Under the pieces are notes generated by a model, which saw nothing but the letters and a program-made list of their open reading frames with translations, ran no database searches and was not told where the DNA came from. This document shows positions 1 through 8,827 of a stretch of DNA of 29,254 nucleotides, in pieces. The position numbers were made by a program, and so were the translations under genes. Origin of the DNA: Chthonomonadales bacterium (GTDB lineage Bacteria; Armatimonadota; Chthonomonadetes; Chthonomonadales; CAJBBX01); NCBI GenBank assembly GCA_037443035.1, contig JBBIPC010000029.1, positions 1 through 29,254 on the forward strand, written 5' to 3'. The stretch's first letter is position 1, and the number at the start of each line of letters is the position of its first letter.

Positions 1-196
1 GTATTTCGCGAGTCCGAATCGGAGTAAATGCCGTTCAGGCAAGAGGGCCAAGAGCGTAGCGCTGTGGGCTGAGATCGAGACGGGCGGCGGAGACGCTGAC
101 CTCTGCGTCCTGCGAGGGAGTAGGCGAGAGGCGAGGGGCGACAGCCGAGAGGCGCGGACAAGCGGCGGGTGTGTTTCAGGCGGGGAAATGCAGTGT

Positions 197-728
197 GTAG
201 GGGCAGTCCCCTGTGGCTGCCCCTATGGCCGTGTCTGAAACAGATTGAGCGCGTTTGGATCGGTAGGGGCGGGTTCCGAACCCGCCCCTACGCATGGCGA
301 TGAGCCGTATGCGTATCGATGGGGACGCCGTCATGGGCAGGCACGGGGGCCTGCCCCTACGGGCGACGTGGTCGTGTGCCGGTAGGGCATTGACACGTAG
401 GGGCGGGTTCGGAACCCGCCCCTACGCATGGCGATGAACCGTGTGCGTATCGATGGGGATGCGGTGCGAACGTCCAGAGCCCTGGCCCGGGATGGGCAGG
501 CGCGGGGGATCTATACATGGGCAGGCACGGGGGCCTGCCCCTACGTGTGATGCGGCCGTGTGCCGGTCGGGCATTGACACGTGGGGGCGGGTTCGGAAAC
601 CGCCCCTACGCATGGCAATGAGCCGTATGCGTATCGATGGGGACGCCGTCATGGGCAGGCACGGGGGCCTGCCCCTACGGGCGACGTGGTCGTGTCTGGA
701 TGAGATCGGCGACGTTCGAATCGGTAGG
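197..728. repeat. BIME-like mosaic of GTAG-family REP palindromes with repeated linkers
   Basis: REP type A GTAGGGGCGGGTTC[C/G]GAACCCGCCCCTAC at 263-291 and 397-425, degenerate at 581-609. REP type B GGGCAGGCACGGGGGCCTGCCCCTAC at 335-360, 519-544 and 653-678. Related hairpin at 197-225. 263-377 matches 581-695 with 4 mismatches in 115 nt. Linker 230-267 recurs, diverged, at 691-728. GTAG/CTAC termini plus a GC hairpin are the hallmark of RAYT-associated REPs. Confidence 0.85.
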
Positions 729-813
729 TGGTGGGTTGTTGGTGGGGTAGGCAGGAGAGGGGCTGGAGCGCGACGAAGGTTGGGGCAGCTCAGTCTCGGG
801 GGTTTGCTGCCTC

Positions 814-1656
814 ATGCCCGTGCGGATACGTATGACCCTCCTCGGACCGCCGCCGTCGGGGCCTCACCGGCACGCCGACGGGCTACGGGCCATGGTTCTC
901 TCCTCGTTGCGCCGAAGGATGCCCCTCCTCGCGAAGGCCATCCATGACGCTAATCAGCCCAATCCGATCTCCATCGGTCCGATGTTGCCACGGGCGGACG
1001 TTCCTGGCGGCTACAGCGTCGAGATAGGCTGCGTGGCTGACGAGCTAAGTGACCCTCTCATGCGCGGGCTCCCCCGTGCCCGTGGGCGCATTCTCCTCGG
1101 CAAGACGTCCTATGACGTACGAGAGGTGGACCTCGTCGCTCAAGCGACCTTCGACGAATTGGCCGCACGACCCGAGGGGCGGGCCGTACCACTGCGCATG
1201 TTGACCCCCACGGCCCATCACGCCCCAGGACCGGTCCGTCGAGCCGTGGTGGTGCCCGATCCGGTGCTCTATGTAGGAAGCTGGCTTCGCCGATGGAACC
1301 TTTATGCGCCAGATCCGTTCGACGACTCGCTGCTGGAGGCGGTGGCGAACCAGGCAGCCATTCGTGCGTTCCAAGGGGGTACCTCGGCTGTGCGCCTGGG
1401 CCGGATGCGCACGTTCATCGGCTTCACGGGCACGGTGGAGCTGACGATCCTCGATGGTCATGCGGACGCAGCTGCTGTGACAGCGGCCGTATGGGCCCTT
1501 GCGCGGTTGGCCGAGTTCTGCGGCACGGGTGTCGAGACCACACGTGGTATGGGGCAGACGCGTTTGGAGCCCAGTGGCACCTTCACCGCGGCGCGTGCGG
1601 CAGAGAGAACTAGCCAGGAGCCGAGAGGCAGCGACGCGTTGGCCGGCGAACGCTAG
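814..1656 (+). CDS. cas6: CRISPR-associated endoribonuclease Cas6 (RAMP)
   Basis: C-terminal Gly-rich loop LAEFCGTGVETTRGMGQ (GhGxxxxxGhG); N-terminal AIHD...PNPISIGP; LRMLTPT; VVPDP...LRRWN; GFTGTV. The 280-aa size is typical of Cas6. Confidence 0.9.
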   Translation: MPVRIRMTLLGPPPSGPHRHADGLRAMVLSSLRRRMPLLAKAIHDANQPNPISIGPMLPRADVPGGYSVEIGCVADELSDPLMRGLPRARGRILLGKTSYDVREVDLVAQATFDELAARPEGRAVPLRMLTPTAHHAPGPVRRAVVVPDPVLYVGSWLRRWNLYAPDPFDDSLLEAVANQAAIRAFQGGTSAVRLGRMRTFIGFTGTVELTILDGHADAAAVTAAVWALARLAEFCGTGVETTRGMGQTRLEPSGTFTAARAAERTSQEPRGSDALAGER

Positions 1657-1657
1657 G

Positions 1658-2110
1658 CTACCTGCGCCTGCGAACCTTTGTCACAGGAGCCGACGAGCGC
1701 GGTTCCGGTGCGGGTTCTCCCAGGCGCCGCACACCGCCAAAGAGCATGCCGAACCCGGGCATGGCCAGCAGGAACGTCGCCACCGCCACCATGGGGGCCC
1801 AAATGGCTCCGTCGTCAGGCGCCAGAATCGCACCAGCGAGCCATATGACTAGCGGCGCCAGCATGGCGATGATACCGGTGAAAACCAGGGTCCTGGCCCG
1901 TGGGTGCGCTTTGCGCGGGATGCGACGTGCTATCAGGAACAGAGCGGCACCCACCACCAGCACCACTGGACCGAAGAGGCGAATGGCCATGGTGGAGGCA
2001 CCAAGGGCGGTCTTGGAAGGATGGATGGTCTCGCTCAGTCCCACCAGCCCCAGCGCCAGCGTGCAGACACTGAGGATGGTCAGCAGCGTTCTCGAGCTCA
2101 TCTGTCCCAT
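1658..2110 (-). CDS. Hypothetical integral membrane protein (~4 TM helices)
   Basis: Four hydrophobic segments. ATG at 2110 is preceded by AAGGGGA; the ORF track extends to GTG 2152. Convergent with cas6. Confidence 0.65.
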   Translation of the reverse strand: MGQMSSRTLLTILSVCTLALGLVGLSETIHPSKTALGASTMAIRLFGPVVLVVGAALFLIARRIPRKAHPRARTLVFTGIIAMLAPLVIWLAGAILAPDDGAIWAPMVAVATFLLAMPGFGMLFGGVRRLGEPAPEPRSSAPVTKVRRRR

Positions 2111-2261
2111 GGCTACGTCCCCTTGTTTCTCGGGCACGGGTTCGACGACCACCGTGCGGTGTCTCCAATGTACCCTCTTGACAGCGCCTGCTCGGCACCC
2201 CCGCCATCATGCCATGCGCCGCTTGCGAGGCGGCGCCATGGTGAGCGGCTCATGAGGCGTC

Positions 2262-2270
2262 TGGTAGACT
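2262..2270 (+). promoter_or_regulatory. Possible extended -10 promoter (TGnTAGACT) for galT
   Basis: TG-G-TAGACT ~40 nt upstream of the galT ATG; GGAG RBS at 2299-2302. Confidence 0.35.
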
Positions 2271-2309
2271 GATACCGAAGCGGCACGAGGCCGCTGCTGG
2301 AGTATCTAC

Positions 2310-3362
2310 ATGGACATGGACCTGCGCAAGCGACTGGCCGAAAGACCGCACCGTCGCTATAATCCTCTTACTGGAGAGTGGATACTCGTCTCGCCACATC
2401 GAGCCAAGCGGCCATGGCAGGGCCAGATCGAGAAGCATCCCGTGAGTTACCGGCCTGCTTACGTAGCGGATTGCTACCTCTGTCCTGGCAACCCGAGGGC
2501 TGGCAACGCTAGGAACCCAGACTACACGGGCACCTATGTCTTCACCAACGATTTCCCGTCACTCCTGGACGAACCGGTGATGGCCGGCCCCGAGGGCGAG
2601 AACGGTTTCTTCAGAGCCATGGGCGTGCGGGGAACGTGCCGGGTGGTCTGCTTTTCACCGCGCCACGATCTGACCCTGGCCGAGATGGATTTGGAGGCGA
2701 TCGGAGCTGTCGTGGACGTCTGGGCCGAGCAAGTGGCCGAGCTGGGGGAGCGCTATCGTTGGGTACAGGTCTTCGAGAACAAGGGTGAGATCATGGGATG
2801 CTCCAATCCGCATCCTCACGGGCAGATCTGGGCAACCGACTATATTCCCAACGAGCCCAATACGGAAGACCGCATGCAGCGGGAACACTTGACCGCCCGC
2901 GACGAGCTTCTCTTGATGGCCTATGCGCGGACTGAGGAGAAGGCCGAGGAACGGGTTGTCGTGGTCAATGACGACTGGCTCGCCGTGGTGCCCTGGTGGG
3001 CTATGTGGCCCTTCGAGACTCTGGTACTGCCACGAAGACGCCAGGTCCTTCGGGTGCCGGATCTCGACGGATCGGAGCGGCGGAACCTCGCGTCCCTGCT
3101 CAAGGATCTTCTGACCCGTTATGATGCTCTGTTCGACGCCTCGTTCCCCTACACCATGGGCTGGCATGGTGCGCCGACGGGCGACTCCAGCGATGTCCAT
3201 CACTGGCAGCTCCACGCCCACTTCTACCCTCCACTGCTTCGGTCGGCGACCATCAAGAAGTTCATGGTGGGTTTCGAGATGCTCGCCGAGGCCCAGCGGG
3301 ATATCACTCCGGAACAGGCAGCCGAGAGACTGCGGCAGGCAGGCGGGCGGTCTCGACGCTGA
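2310..3362 (+). CDS. galT: Galactose-1-phosphate uridylyltransferase
   Basis: [52 protein letters not shown] (catalytic HPH) and [13 protein letters not shown](I)KKFMVG are classic GalT motifs. Confidence 0.97.
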   Translation: MDMDLRKRLAERPHRRYNPLTGEWILVSPHRAKRPWQGQIEKHPVSYRPAYVADCYLCPGNPRAGNARNPDYTGTYVFTNDFPSLLDEPVMAGPEGENGFFRAMGVRGTCRVVCFSPRHDLTLAEMDLEAIGAVVDVWAEQVAELGERYRWVQVFENKGEIMGCSNPHPHGQIWATDYIPNEPNTEDRMQREHLTARDELLLMAYARTEEKAEERVVVVNDDWLAVVPWWAMWPFETLVLPRRRQVLRVPDLDGSERRNLASLLKDLLTRYDALFDASFPYTMGWHGAPTGDSSDVHHWQLHAHFYPPLLRSATIKKFMVGFEMLAEAQRDITPEQAAERLRQAGGRSRR

Positions 3363-3485
3363 GGGACTGATCGCAGTGCGAGGCGAGGTGGGCTTCTCCG
3401 TCGTCCTGTTCGTCATAGTGTAGAATGAGCCTGTCATGAGACTTGAAGTCTCTTGCCGTGGAAGGTTTCCAGAGGAGCGAGCGCC

Positions 3486-4586
3486 TTGGACCCTGAGCCG
3501 TCTCGTGGCCTGAGTCGCCGAGCGGTCCTGGAAGGGGCCGTTGCGTTCGCAGCTTTGGGGACATATCCTCCCATGTCCCGGCCTGTTCAGCCAGAGGAGG
3601 TTCCTGTGAGCACTATAGCGCGCGTCGTATGCATCTGCCAGAACGGCGAGAGCCACCCTACCGTGCAGGCCCATCGCGAGTCCATGCTGGCTCACGTTCG
3701 TGACGCTCTTCAGGAGCGCCCCGACATGATCGTGCTGCCCGAAGCTTTCACGTCCGTCGGCGTGCCCGGACCGGCCTCGACTTCCGCTGAACCGGTCCCC
3801 GGACCCACAACGGACGCCTTTGCCGCCGTCGCGAAGCGGGCACGGACCTACGTCCTTTGCCCCATCCACACCAAGCATGGCGATAGGATCCACAACTCAG
3901 TGGTGGTGATCGGCCGGGACGGGTCCATCGTCGGCATGTACCACAAGCACTGTCCGGTGACCACTTCCCACGATTACACGGTGCTGGAGGAAGGGATCAC
4001 GCCGGGCACCGAACTACCAGTCTTCGACCTGGACTTCGGTAGAATCGGCATCCAGATCTGCTTCGACATCGGTTTTCCCGAGAACTGGCAGACGCTGGCG
4101 GCCAAGGGTGCGAGGCTCATCGTCTGGTCGTCCGCCTATGACGGTGGCTTCCCGCTACAGGTCTACGCTTACCTGCACCATGTGTGGGTGGTGACCTCCA
4201 CGCGGAGTCCTCGATCCCGTATCGTAGACCCCTGCGGCGAGATCGTGGCGGAGGCTGTGCCCCCGGCCCGGTACGTGACCCGAGCCGTGAATCTGGACAC
4301 GGTCGTCTCTCATCTGGACTGGAATCAGTCCATACCGGCCAAGATCAAGGCCAAGTATGGCGACAAGGTGGACGTCCGGCAATGGGTGCCAGGCTCATCC
4401 CATTTCGTCGTCGAGCCTCTGGACCCGACCATTCGGACCGAAGACCTTCAACGAGAGTTCGGGTTCGAGTCCACGGCCCTCTACCACGAGCGGCATCGCC
4501 GTGCTTATGCACGCCTGCGGGCTGGCAAGCGCCCCGAGCCTCAGAAGGCGCTGCATGGCAATCGCCCTGAGTGGGGACCGTTCTAG
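3486..4586 (+). CDS. Carbon-nitrogen hydrolase (nitrilase superfamily), possible Tat signal
   Basis: Catalytic triad motifs VLPEAF, YHKH and IQICFD; N-terminal SRRAVL. Start is uncertain (TTG 3453, TTG 3486 after AGGAG, or GTG 3606 after GAGGAGG). Confidence 0.85.
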   Translation: MDPEPSRGLSRRAVLEGAVAFAALGTYPPMSRPVQPEEVPVSTIARVVCICQNGESHPTVQAHRESMLAHVRDALQERPDMIVLPEAFTSVGVPGPASTSAEPVPGPTTDAFAAVAKRARTYVLCPIHTKHGDRIHNSVVVIGRDGSIVGMYHKHCPVTTSHDYTVLEEGITPGTELPVFDLDFGRIGIQICFDIGFPENWQTLAAKGARLIVWSSAYDGGFPLQVYAYLHHVWVVTSTRSPRSRIVDPCGEIVAEAVPPARYVTRAVNLDTVVSHLDWNQSIPAKIKAKYGDKVDVRQWVPGSSHFVVEPLDPTIRTEDLQREFGFESTALYHERHRRAYARLRAGKRPEPQKALHGNRPEWGPF

Positions 4587-4623
4587 GACATACAGCAGAA
4601 TGACGGCGTAAGCTCGGACGGGC

Positions 4624-5241
4624 CTAACGGTCCAAGCGGACGTAGGTCCTCTCGCGCCATGAGTCCACGATCATGGTAGGTTCGTCGGCATCCTGACCGA
4701 TTTCCCAATATCGGCCGATAACGCACGAGTGAGATCCGGATGCCTGGGGATCGGCATGGAAACCCACGGCGATACAGCGGGCCGGTGTTTGTTGCAAGAG
4801 GGTAGTCACCACTCCAGCGATCTCCCGCATGAGTCGGGGGATAGCGCGGATCTCGCGGCAAGCCAGACACGCATCGGGAGCGAGATCGCTGGTGAGATCC
4901 ACCCGTAGATCGCGCCCAACCACGTGCACAGCCATCAGCTCTGGCATACACGGGCGGTTGCGCACGAGCCTCGCGTACCACTCCGCCAGACCCGCGCACA
5001 CTTCCGCAATGGTAGCTCCGACTTGCTTGCTGAGGACGCCTGCACTGAAGAGAGGCTCGGGAAACTCCACTGTAATGAGCAGCTCCGCAACACCTCCCAT
5101 GAGTGCTAGGTTCATGGGCTCCAGCGCAATCTCGGCGCACTGCTCCAAGAAAGCCTTGGCTTCGGTGACCTCACCTTCAGCATAGGCCGATGCACGGTAC
5201 GCGATGGTCACCAGCGGTCGGGCTGGAAGTTCGCCTATCAT
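4624..5241 (-). CDS. Hypothetical protein
   Basis: 205-aa ORF with protein-like composition, filling the gap between genes; AAGGGAG upstream of the ATG; no motif recognised. Confidence 0.6.
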   Translation of the reverse strand: MIGELPARPLVTIAYRASAYAEGEVTEAKAFLEQCAEIALEPMNLALMGGVAELLITVEFPEPLFSAGVLSKQVGATIAEVCAGLAEWYARLVRNRPCMPELMAVHVVGRDLRVDLTSDLAPDACLACREIRAIPRLMREIAGVVTTLLQQTPARCIAVGFHADPQASGSHSCVIGRYWEIGQDADEPTMIVDSWRERTYVRLDR

Positions 5242-5355
5242 GGCGTATCTCCCTTCGCATCCTTCGGGACGCCTCCAGAAGGTCTCTCTTCCGCGGCTCT
5301 ATGGCCATTCCCACACAAGCCGGCCTTAGCGGCGTCCAGCCGCGTCAGATGGGAC

Positions 5356-7686
5356 TCAGCGCCGACCCACCGTGGCAGCAATGCTCCAGGGCGCCAGAGT
5401 CTTTCCTAGCTTGGTCACCGGCCTATCGGAGTAGTTCAGCCACAGCAGCTCGTCTGGTGCACAGAGCGTGACGAAAACGCCGTCTTCCACGCCGTCTGCT
5501 GCTACCATCTGCCTTGTCATGGGCGAGAGCTCGCGGGCGTTGGCCAGCGTACTGCTGAGGAACTGCCGGAACTCCGGGCCGTCGCCACGTCCATGGAACG
5601 TCAACGCACGACCCTTCCCTGACGGTTTCAGGATCCGGTCATGCCAGGACTCATCGCCCTCCACCGTCCGCAGCCGACCCACTCCGTCGGCGTAGAGCAC
5701 CAACCCTCCTGCCGCGACCCATTCTGCAATCTTCCTCCACACAGCAGCCTCCGATACGTTCCCGTGCAGCAGAATGAGCGCCTTGACGCGCTGGAGACCT
5801 CCATCCAGAATCTGGCCGTCGCTCATGTAGGCAAAATCGAAGTGGTCTCGCAGGGGCTGCACCTTGCCCAGGAAGTCGTTGTCGTTGAGCTTGATCCATG
5901 TCTCGGGGTAGTAGACGGCGATTTCGACGATGGGCTTCCGCTGTTGGAACTCGTGCCCCCATGTCTCGAAGTTCGTGCGATTCTCTTCGCTTCCGAAGAT
6001 GTTCGGGAAGTAGTAGTGCAGTCCGTTGGCGCCAGAAGCGGTGGCGTTGTATACCCGGGCGATGACGCCATGGGCATCCACAGCGCCGGCTGGCTCGAAG
6101 CTGAACCTCGCCCCGTACTGGTGACTGGCGGACGCCACCCAACGCGTCAGGGAGAAGTTGGCGCGATAGTCGCTGCCCTCGTTCGTAATCCTCACCCCTC
6201 CGCCGATCTCTGCAGCAACCTTGCACTGTTCGCCGAAATCGGACCCGTGCTCAGCGGGCGCATGTCCTCCGGTACAGAGCTGGATATCGCCCTTGGGGAA
6301 GTGTTTCCTGGTCTCCTGGAGCCACCAGCGGGACCAATCGGTCATGGATCCGATGTACCAATCGCACATGTCGAGCCAGGCGCGGGCGTTGGGAGCCTCC
6401 TTCTTGAGGAAAGGCCGTATCGATTCGAAGCTCGCGATGGTCTTGCCCCATGCGGCCGAGAGGCGGTCCACGGTGGTGTACTTCCGCTGGAGCCATTGCT
6501 GAAAGCTGGCCACAGCATAGGGATCACCTGCCCAGAAGCCAGCATGCGTGTGATACGGTCCATGGATATCGGCGGTCCAGTCGTTGCCAGTGGCGAGGTA
6601 GATCGCCTCCCCGTAGTTGCCGGTGACGCCTAGGAGGATGGTTTCGATCACCCCTTCCTCCCGATAGTGCTCACAGAAAGCCTTGATGAATCGAGCGACG
6701 TGCTGCTTCAGCGTCGGGCTCCACAGCGAGGCAACGTCTGATTGCTCGCCATGTTCCAGGCACACGTACCCCTGAAACCCGGCTTTCTTGTAGTACCAAT
6801 CTGGAAGGCTGTAGGCTGAACCGACGATCAGGAAGGGCACCCACTTGATGTCGTGGCGTTTGTAGATGCGCACAAAGGCATCGTAGACGCTCCAGTCGTA
6901 CTTTCCTTCCGCCGGTTCGCAGAGGTTCCAACGGACGTAGCCCTCGTGGCTGGTCACACCGAGGGACTTCAACGCCGGAATGGCCGACTCGAGCGCCGAG
7001 GTCTGGTGTGGTACGTCCTCGGGTCTTGCCGGGTCGAAGCCGCCGATGATGAGCTGGCCTCCCGGTCCTATCTTCACTTTCGGTTCGATAGTCACTTTGG
7101 GCATCGTCTGCACCTCGCTCCAGTCCCCAGGCCGCGTCAGTGTGACCTGAACGCGGCGAATGAAGAGGCGTGGACCGCTCAGCCGGAAGTCCGCGCCGCA
7201 GTTCTGACGGTTGGCGAAACGTGGCCGGCGGAACTCGAAATAGGCTCGGCGCCATTGCCTGAGACCCAGCGTCCATCCTCCCGCCCGATCGTCCGCATGG
7301 CAGTACTTATCACTCAAGGCATCTCCCTTGGCGCTGTCATACTCTGCTGTCAGCATGACACCCACCGAGTCGTCGAAGTACTCCACTACCAGATACACGG
7401 GCCCTGGGAGCGTTCGCTTACACTCGTTGTCTATGGCGAAATAGAGGTAGGTGGAAGGAGGCTGGGTGTTCGGCTTGTTGGTTACACAGGGGCTATCGGC
7501 GCGGCTGGCCGGCATGGTGAAGCCGTCGGCGCCCTCGAGAAGCCGTAGACCGTTCTCCTCTGCACCGGAGGCTGTTGCCTTCCAGGTTGCTCCTTCGAGC
7601 GTCCTGGTCTGCCCATGGGCACAACCGACCAGGGCCAGACCTACCAGTAGGAGTCCCAGGAACTTGATACCAGACATGTGGCGCAT
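5356..7686 (-). CDS. Secreted/lipoprotein glycoside hydrolase (GH14/GH42-like TIM barrel, N-terminal beta-sandwich, C-terminal GATase-like domain)
   Basis: Signal peptide with LVGC lipobox-like motif. YVRWNLCEPAEGKYDWSVYD and LPDW resemble GH42/GH14 N-termini. GVTGNYGEAIY and FSFEPAG are candidate catalytic Glu motifs. FQQWLQRKY..LSAAWG. C-terminal KALILL..WVAAGGLVL resembles the GH42 trimerisation domain. Confidence 0.8.
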   Translation of the reverse strand: MRHMSGIKFLGLLLVGLALVGCAHGQTRTLEGATWKATASGAEENGLRLLEGADGFTMPASRADSPCVTNKPNTQPPSTYLYFAIDNECKRTLPGPVYLVVEYFDDSVGVMLTAEYDSAKGDALSDKYCHADDRAGGWTLGLRQWRRAYFEFRRPRFANRQNCGADFRLSGPRLFIRRVQVTLTRPGDWSEVQTMPKVTIEPKVKIGPGGQLIIGGFDPARPEDVPHQTSALESAIPALKSLGVTSHEGYVRWNLCEPAEGKYDWSVYDAFVRIYKRHDIKWVPFLIVGSAYSLPDWYYKKAGFQGYVCLEHGEQSDVASLWSPTLKQHVARFIKAFCEHYREEGVIETILLGVTGNYGEAIYLATGNDWTADIHGPYHTHAGFWAGDPYAVASFQQWLQRKYTTVDRLSAAWGKTIASFESIRPFLKKEAPNARAWLDMCDWYIGSMTDWSRWWLQETRKHFPKGDIQLCTGGHAPAEHGSDFGEQCKVAAEIGGGVRITNEGSDYRANFSLTRWVASASHQYGARFSFEPAGAVDAHGVIARVYNATASGANGLHYYFPNIFGSEENRTNFETWGHEFQQRKPIVEIAVYYPETWIKLNDNDFLGKVQPLRDHFDFAYMSDGQILDGGLQRVKALILLHGNVSEAAVWRKIAEWVAAGGLVLYADGVGRLRTVEGDESWHDRILKPSGKGRALTFHGRGDGPEFRQFLSSTLANARELSPMTRQMVAADGVEDGVFVTLCAPDELLWLNYSDRPVTKLGKTLAPWSIAATVGRR

Positions 7687-7840
7687 TCCCCTCTTCTGCT
7701 AGCCTCGTCCGTACGAGCTACGCGGGTCTGTTTTCTGCGGGCAGTCATCGGAATCCTGCAGGAGCGCGCGTTGAGAGCGGCGAAGGTATAGGGGACGGGC
7801 GTTTCCATCGCGCCCGCAATTCTCGCGTGGTAGGTACTCC

Positions 7841-8827
7841 ATGTCCGAACCCATCCGCTGGGGCATTCTCGGTCCCGGCAACATTGCACATCGTCTTGCC
7901 GAAGGCGTCCGCGCTCTGCCGGATGCCAAGGTGCTGGCCGTTGGTTCCCGAAGCATCGAGCGCGCCAACGCCTTCGCCGACAAGTGGGAGATTCCCCGCC
8001 GCTACGGTAGCTACGAGGATCTCGTAGCCGATTCCGAGCTGGACATCATCTACGTTGCCACACCACACCCCTTCCATGCACCGTGTTCCTTGCTCGCCAT
8101 CGAAGCTGGTAAGGCTGTGCTCTGCGAGAAGCCGTTCACCGTCAATGCGTCCGAAGCTCGGCAGGTTGTGGAAGCGGCACGCCACAAGGGCGTCTTCGTT
8201 ATGGAGGCCATGTGGACGAGGTTCTTCCCGCTCATGGCGCGTCTCCGTGATATTGTCGCTGCCGGCGAGATCGGCGAGGTGCGCCTCATCCATGCAGACT
8301 TCGGCTTCCGAGCAGGATTCAACCCGGAGGGTAGGTTGTTCAGCCCAGCCTTGGCAGGAGGAGGTCTTCTCGATGTTGGCGTCTATCCTATCTCGCTGGC
8401 CTCCATGCTCCTGGGCACGCCGAACCGCGTGTCTGGCCTTGCCGTCGTAGGAGAGACCGGAGTGGACGAGTCCGCAGCCATCACTCTCGGCTATCCGTCG
8501 GGGGCGCTAGCCTCGCTCACCACGGGAGTGCGGATCACCACGCCCCACCTCGCCATCATCTGTGGAACCGATGGGAGTATCCACATTCCATCGCCATGGT
8601 GGGTACCGGAACGCATGACCGTTCGACGAGGTCGGGGCACGGTCGAGTACAGCGAACCTAAGATCGCCTCGGGCTTCGAGTACGAAGCTGCCGAGGCCGG
8701 ACGTTGTCTCCGCGAGGGACTGAAGGAGAGCCCCATTCTGCCCCTGGACGAGTCGGTAGCCATCATGGATACGATGGATCAGCTCCGTGCGCTCTGGGGC
8801 GTACGCTATCCCATGGAGGACAAGTAG
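7841..8827 (+). CDS. Gfo/Idh/MocA family oxidoreductase
   Basis: IRWGILGPGNIA Rossmann motif, YVATPHPFH, VLCEKP, MEAMWTRF, GGGLLDVGVY. Confidence 0.93.
   Translation: MSEPIRWGILGPGNIAHRLAEGVRALPDAKVLAVGSRSIERANAFADKWEIPRRYGSYEDLVADSELDIIYVATPHPFHAPCSLLAIEAGKAVLCEKPFTVNASEARQVVEAARHKGVFVMEAMWTRFFPLMARLRDIVAAGEIGEVRLIHADFGFRAGFNPEGRLFSPALAGGGLLDVGVYPISLASMLLGTPNRVSGLAVVGETGVDESAAITLGYPSGALASLTTGVRITTPHLAIICGTDGSIHIPSPWWVPERMTVRRGRGTVEYSEPKIASGFEYEAAEAGRCLREGLKESPILPLDESVAIMDTMDQLRALWGVRYPMEDK

Noticed and set aside
1..27. Possible 3' end of an upstream CDS (VFRESESE*)
   Set aside because: Too short to support or identify.
390..395. TTGACA in the BIME linker (also 574-579) and at 2178-2183
   Set aside because: No credible -10 hexamer at 16-18 bp spacing.
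263..695. CRISPR array next to cas6
   Set aside because: Intervening sequences are repeated rather than unique, two repeat types alternate, spacing is irregular, the repeats have GTAG/CTAC REP termini, and the unit recurs at 29214.
721..785. G-skewed tract upstream of cas6 (G-quadruplex or CRISPR leader?)
   Set aside because: Irregular G-runs in a GC-rich genome; not AT-rich like a leader; no supporting evidence.
422..947. ORFs 422..652 (-) and 441..947 (+)
   Set aside because: They translate the REP array; low-complexity and overlapping cas6.
2211..2242. GC-rich hairpin between divergent genes
   Set aside because: No U-tract and not downstream of a gene; no function assignable.
2655..3893. 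412-aa minus-strand ORF and other long overlapping ORFs (5641..6633, 14221..15027, 16781..17731, 25801..26655)
   Set aside because: Antisense shadow ORFs of well-supported genes, expected in high-GC DNA; no motifs.
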